From an uncultured Pseudomonadota bacterium (lineage in GTDB: Bacteria; Pseudomonadota; Gammaproteobacteria; Burkholderiales; Burkholderiaceae_C): a DNA stretch of 64,000 nt. Made by a program: the position numbers and the translations under genes. Of this stretch, positions 60,129 through 64,000 are shown piece after piece (within the stretch, counting starts at the first letter, position 1; every line of letters starts with the position of its first letter). The DNA is taken from NCBI GenBank assembly GCA_963758955.1, contig CAVWXO010000009.1, forward strand, positions 27,525-91,524. Direction: 5' to 3'. Under the pieces are notes generated by a model. It worked only from the letters and a program-made list of their open reading frames with translations, had not been told where the DNA came from and did no database searches.

Positions 60129-61190
60129 TCATCCCGCCGTGCCGTAGTGCTGCGCGAGCCAGTCGCGGTAGGCGCCGCTCTGCACCCGCTGCACCCAGCC
60201 CTGATGGTCCAGGTACCACTGCACCGTCTTGCGGATGCCGGTCTCGAAGCTCTCGGCCGGCCGCCAGCCAAGCTCGCGCTGGATTTTGCGCGCGTCGATG
60301 GCGTATCGCCGGTCATGCCCCGGGCGGTCGGTGACGAAGCTGATCAGTCGGCAATGCGGGCCTGCGGGATCGGGACGCAACTCGTCCAGCAGCGCGCAGA
60401 TGGCGTCGACGATCTGCCGGTTGGTGCGCTCGTTCCAGCCGCCGATGTTGTAGACCTCGCCGGACCGCCCGCCGGCCAGCACCGCTCGGATGGCGCTGCA
60501 GTGGTCCTTGACGTACAGCCAGTCACGAACGTTCAGACCGTCCCCGTAGATCGGCAACGGCTTGCCGGCCAGCGCGTTGACGATCATCAGCGGGATCAGC
60601 TTTTCCGGAAAGTGGTACGGGCCGTAGTTGTTGGAGCAGTTGGTGGTCAGCACCGGCAGCCCGTAGGTGTGGAACCAGGCACGTACCAAGTGGTCGCTGG
60701 CCGCCTTGCTGGCCGAATACGGGCTGTTCGGCTGGTACAGGTGGGTTTCGGTGAAGGCCGGATCGTCCGCACCCAGGCTGCCGTAGACCTCGTCGGTGGA
60801 TACGTGGTGGAAGCGAAAGGCAGCACGCTCGGCTTCCGGCAGCCTGCTCCAGTGCGCGCGTGCCGCTTCGAGCAGCGTGAAGGTGCCTTCGACGTTGGTG
60901 CGCACGAAGGCCGCCGGGCCGTGGATGCTGCGGTCGACATGGCTCTCGGCAGCGAAGTGCAGCACCGCGCGCGGCCGGTGCTCGGCCATCAGCCGGTCGA
61001 GCAATGCCCGGTCGCAGATGTCCCCATGCACGAACAGATGGCGCGGGTCGCCGTCCAGTGCGGCCAGGTTCTCCATGTTGCCGGCGTAGGTCAGTGCGTC
61101 GAGGTTGAGCACCGGCTCGTCACTCTGCGCAAGCCAGTCCAGCACGAAGTTGCTGCCGATGAAGCCGGCGCCGCCGGTGACAAGGATCAT
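60129..61190 (-). CDS. rfbB: dTDP-glucose 4,6-dehydratase
   Basis: [46 protein letters not shown]. Confidence 0.95.
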   Translation of the reverse strand: MILVTGGAGFIGSNFVLDWLAQSDEPVLNLDALTYAGNMENLAALDGDPRHLFVHGDICDRALLDRLMAEHRPRAVLHFAAESHVDRSIHGPAAFVRTNVEGTFTLLEAARAHWSRLPEAERAAFRFHHVSTDEVYGSLGADDPAFTETHLYQPNSPYSASKAASDHLVRAWFHTYGLPVLTTNCSNNYGPYHFPEKLIPLMIVNALAGKPLPIYGDGLNVRDWLYVKDHCSAIRAVLAGGRSGEVYNIGGWNERTNRQIVDAICALLDELRPDPAGPHCRLISFVTDRPGHDRRYAIDARKIQRELGWRPAESFETGIRKTVQWYLDHQGWVQRVQSGAYRDWLAQHYGTAG

Positions 61191-61209
61191 GATGGATTCC
61201 GAAAGATGT

Positions 61210-62655
61210 TCAGCCGCGGCCGTAGTGGTCATCGAAGCGCACGATGTCGTCTTCGCCCAGGTAGCTGCCGGACTGCACTTCGATGATTTCCAGCGGCACC
61301 TTCCCGGGGTTGGCCAGGCGATGCACCTGCCCCAGCGGGATGTACGTGCTTTGGTTCTCGCCAAGCAGGATCACCTGGTCCCCGTTGGTCACCTCGGCGG
61401 TGCCGGACACGACGATCCAGTGCTCGGCGCGGTGGTGGTGCTTCTGCAGGCTCAGGGACGCGCCGGGCTTGACCATGATGCGCTTGACCTGGAAGCGCGG
61501 ACCGGAGTCGATGCTGTCGTACCAGCCCCACGGCCGATGCACCTGCCGGTGCAGGCTGGGCTCGCTGCGTCCGGCCTGGTTCAGCTGGCCGACGATGTCC
61601 TTCACGTCCTGGCTGCGCGAGCGGTCGGCCACCAGCACGGCATCGGGTGTCTCGACCACGACCACGTCCCGCAGGCCGATCACGCCCACCAGGCGGCTGG
61701 TGGCATGTACCAGGGTGCCCTGGGTGTCGCTGAGCAAGGCGTCGCCAGTGGTGGCATTGCCGGCCGCGTCCTTGGTGCTGACCTGCCATACGGCGTCCCA
61801 GGCGCCCAGGTCGGACCAGGCCGCTGCCAGCGGCACCATGCGGATGTCGAACTCGATTGCCGCGGGGCACTTTTCCATCACCGCGTAGTCGACCGACTCA
61901 CTCGGAATCGCCGTGAACAGGGCCTGGTCGGGCCGCACGAAACTGGCATCCACACTGCGCGCGTCCCAGGCCAGGCGCGTGGCGGCCAGGATGTCGGGCC
62001 GGAACCGGCCCAGCGCCGTCAGCCAGACCGAGGCGCGCACGACGAACATGCCGCTGTTCCAGAAGTAGCCGCCGTCGTCCAGATAGCGCTGGGCCGTCAT
62101 CGCCTCGGGCTTCTCGACGAACTGCGCGACCTTCATCTCGCCCTGGCTCGATCGCTCGCAGCGGATGTAGCCGTAGCCGGTCTCGGGCCGATCGGGGGCG
62201 ACGCCGAGGATGACGAAGGCCCCCGCAGAAGCCGCACGCACCGCGCGCTGCAGCGACGTGGTGAAGGCCGTCTCGTCGCCGATGCTCTGATCGGCAGGCG
62301 TCACGGTCAGCACCGGGTCGCGGCCCTGTTGCGAAGCGTGCAGTGCGGCCAGCGTCATGGCCGGCGCGGTATTGCGCCCGGTAGGTTCGAGCAGCAGTGC
62401 CGCCGGCGGCAGCTTCAAGCCGGCCAGCTGGTCCAGCACCAGAAAGCGATGGTCCTCGTTGCCAACCACGCACAGGCCGCCCACGGCGATATCCGGTGCG
62501 GCCAACGCATCCAGGCGCAGCGCCGCCTGCTGGAACAGGCTGTGCTTGCCGTGCAGCGCCAGGAACTGCTTGGGATAGCTCGAACGCGACAGCGGCCAGA
62601 GCCGCGTGCCGCTGCCACCGGCGATGATCACGGGTTGCAGATCGATCGAAGTCAT
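61210..62655 (-). CDS. manC: Mannose-1-phosphate guanylyltransferase / mannose-6-phosphate isomerase
   Basis: [55 protein letters not shown]. Confidence 0.95.
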   Translation of the reverse strand: MTSIDLQPVIIAGGSGTRLWPLSRSSYPKQFLALHGKHSLFQQAALRLDALAAPDIAVGGLCVVGNEDHRFLVLDQLAGLKLPPAALLLEPTGRNTAPAMTLAALHASQQGRDPVLTVTPADQSIGDETAFTTSLQRAVRAASAGAFVILGVAPDRPETGYGYIRCERSSQGEMKVAQFVEKPEAMTAQRYLDDGGYFWNSGMFVVRASVWLTALGRFRPDILAATRLAWDARSVDASFVRPDQALFTAIPSESVDYAVMEKCPAAIEFDIRMVPLAAAWSDLGAWDAVWQVSTKDAAGNATTGDALLSDTQGTLVHATSRLVGVIGLRDVVVVETPDAVLVADRSRSQDVKDIVGQLNQAGRSEPSLHRQVHRPWGWYDSIDSGPRFQVKRIMVKPGASLSLQKHHHRAEHWIVVSGTAEVTNGDQVILLGENQSTYIPLGQVHRLANPGKVPLEIIEVQSGSYLGEDDIVRFDDHYGRG

Positions 62656-62724
62656 CTCGGGTCTCAAGTATGGGGTGATTGGCGGCGCAACACGGGCTCG
62701 CGGTCGATGTGGCGCAGGCGGGCC

Positions 62725-63759
<1,035 letters not shown>

Positions 63760-64000
63760 CGCAGGATGGGCCTGACTGCGCTGCAACTGCTGCAGAACAC
63801 GCAGGCGTGGACGCAGTCGCCCCCTTTGGGAGACCAGGGATCCAACCCGAGCGGCAGTTTGATTTGAGGTTCCTCCGAGCGCGTCCGATGCATGGTGTCA
63901 CGTTGAACCGCAGCACCGAATGTCAGCGCGCCCAACCACGAAGCCCGACGGCAAATGGCTTCAGATGCCCACGCTGGCGCAATGCTCAAGGCTGCATTGT

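Noticed and set aside
63760-64000. JUMPstart/ops element or riboswitch upstream of galE
   Set aside because: No GGCGGTAG ops core or recognisable RNA motif; region is cut by the window edge.

Overview
High-GC chromosomal window of a Burkholderiales-like betaproteobacterium (taxonomy inferred from gene repertoire such as Bug/TctC receptors). No rRNA, tRNA, CRISPR array, integrase or transposase was recognised. Left to right it holds: (1) two paralogous AraC / beta-keto acid cleavage enzyme (DUF849) / carboxymuconolactone-decarboxylase-like modules with a Bug receptor and an inserted VapBC pair; (2) a gamma-glutamylation-type amine catabolic operon; (3) cutA plus an exported amidohydrolase, YtkA-like protein and di-heme MauG-type enzyme; (4) putA, a secreted thermonuclease, a ligase-associated DEXH helicase, a second Bug receptor, DUF429 and a class 3 asparaginase; (5) a lower-GC islet with two paralogous unknown lipoproteins; (6) WS/DGAT and hemerythrin; (7) a MarR plus tannase/MHETase-like esterase insert; (8) a complete five-step hut cluster with a NitT/TauT ABC transporter and an embedded PhyH-type dioxygenase; (9) ATP-dependent ligase, USP, Pat acetyltransferase and ligase-associated exonuclease; (10) clsB, EEP, nudB and nucleotide-sugar genes. 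The most unusual signal occurs twice independently: intact gene, then cargo, then a scrap of an unrelated gene, then a decayed, synonymously diverged duplicate of the intact gene's 3' part, with no recombinase nearby. Product calls come from motif recognition by eye; no database searches were run.
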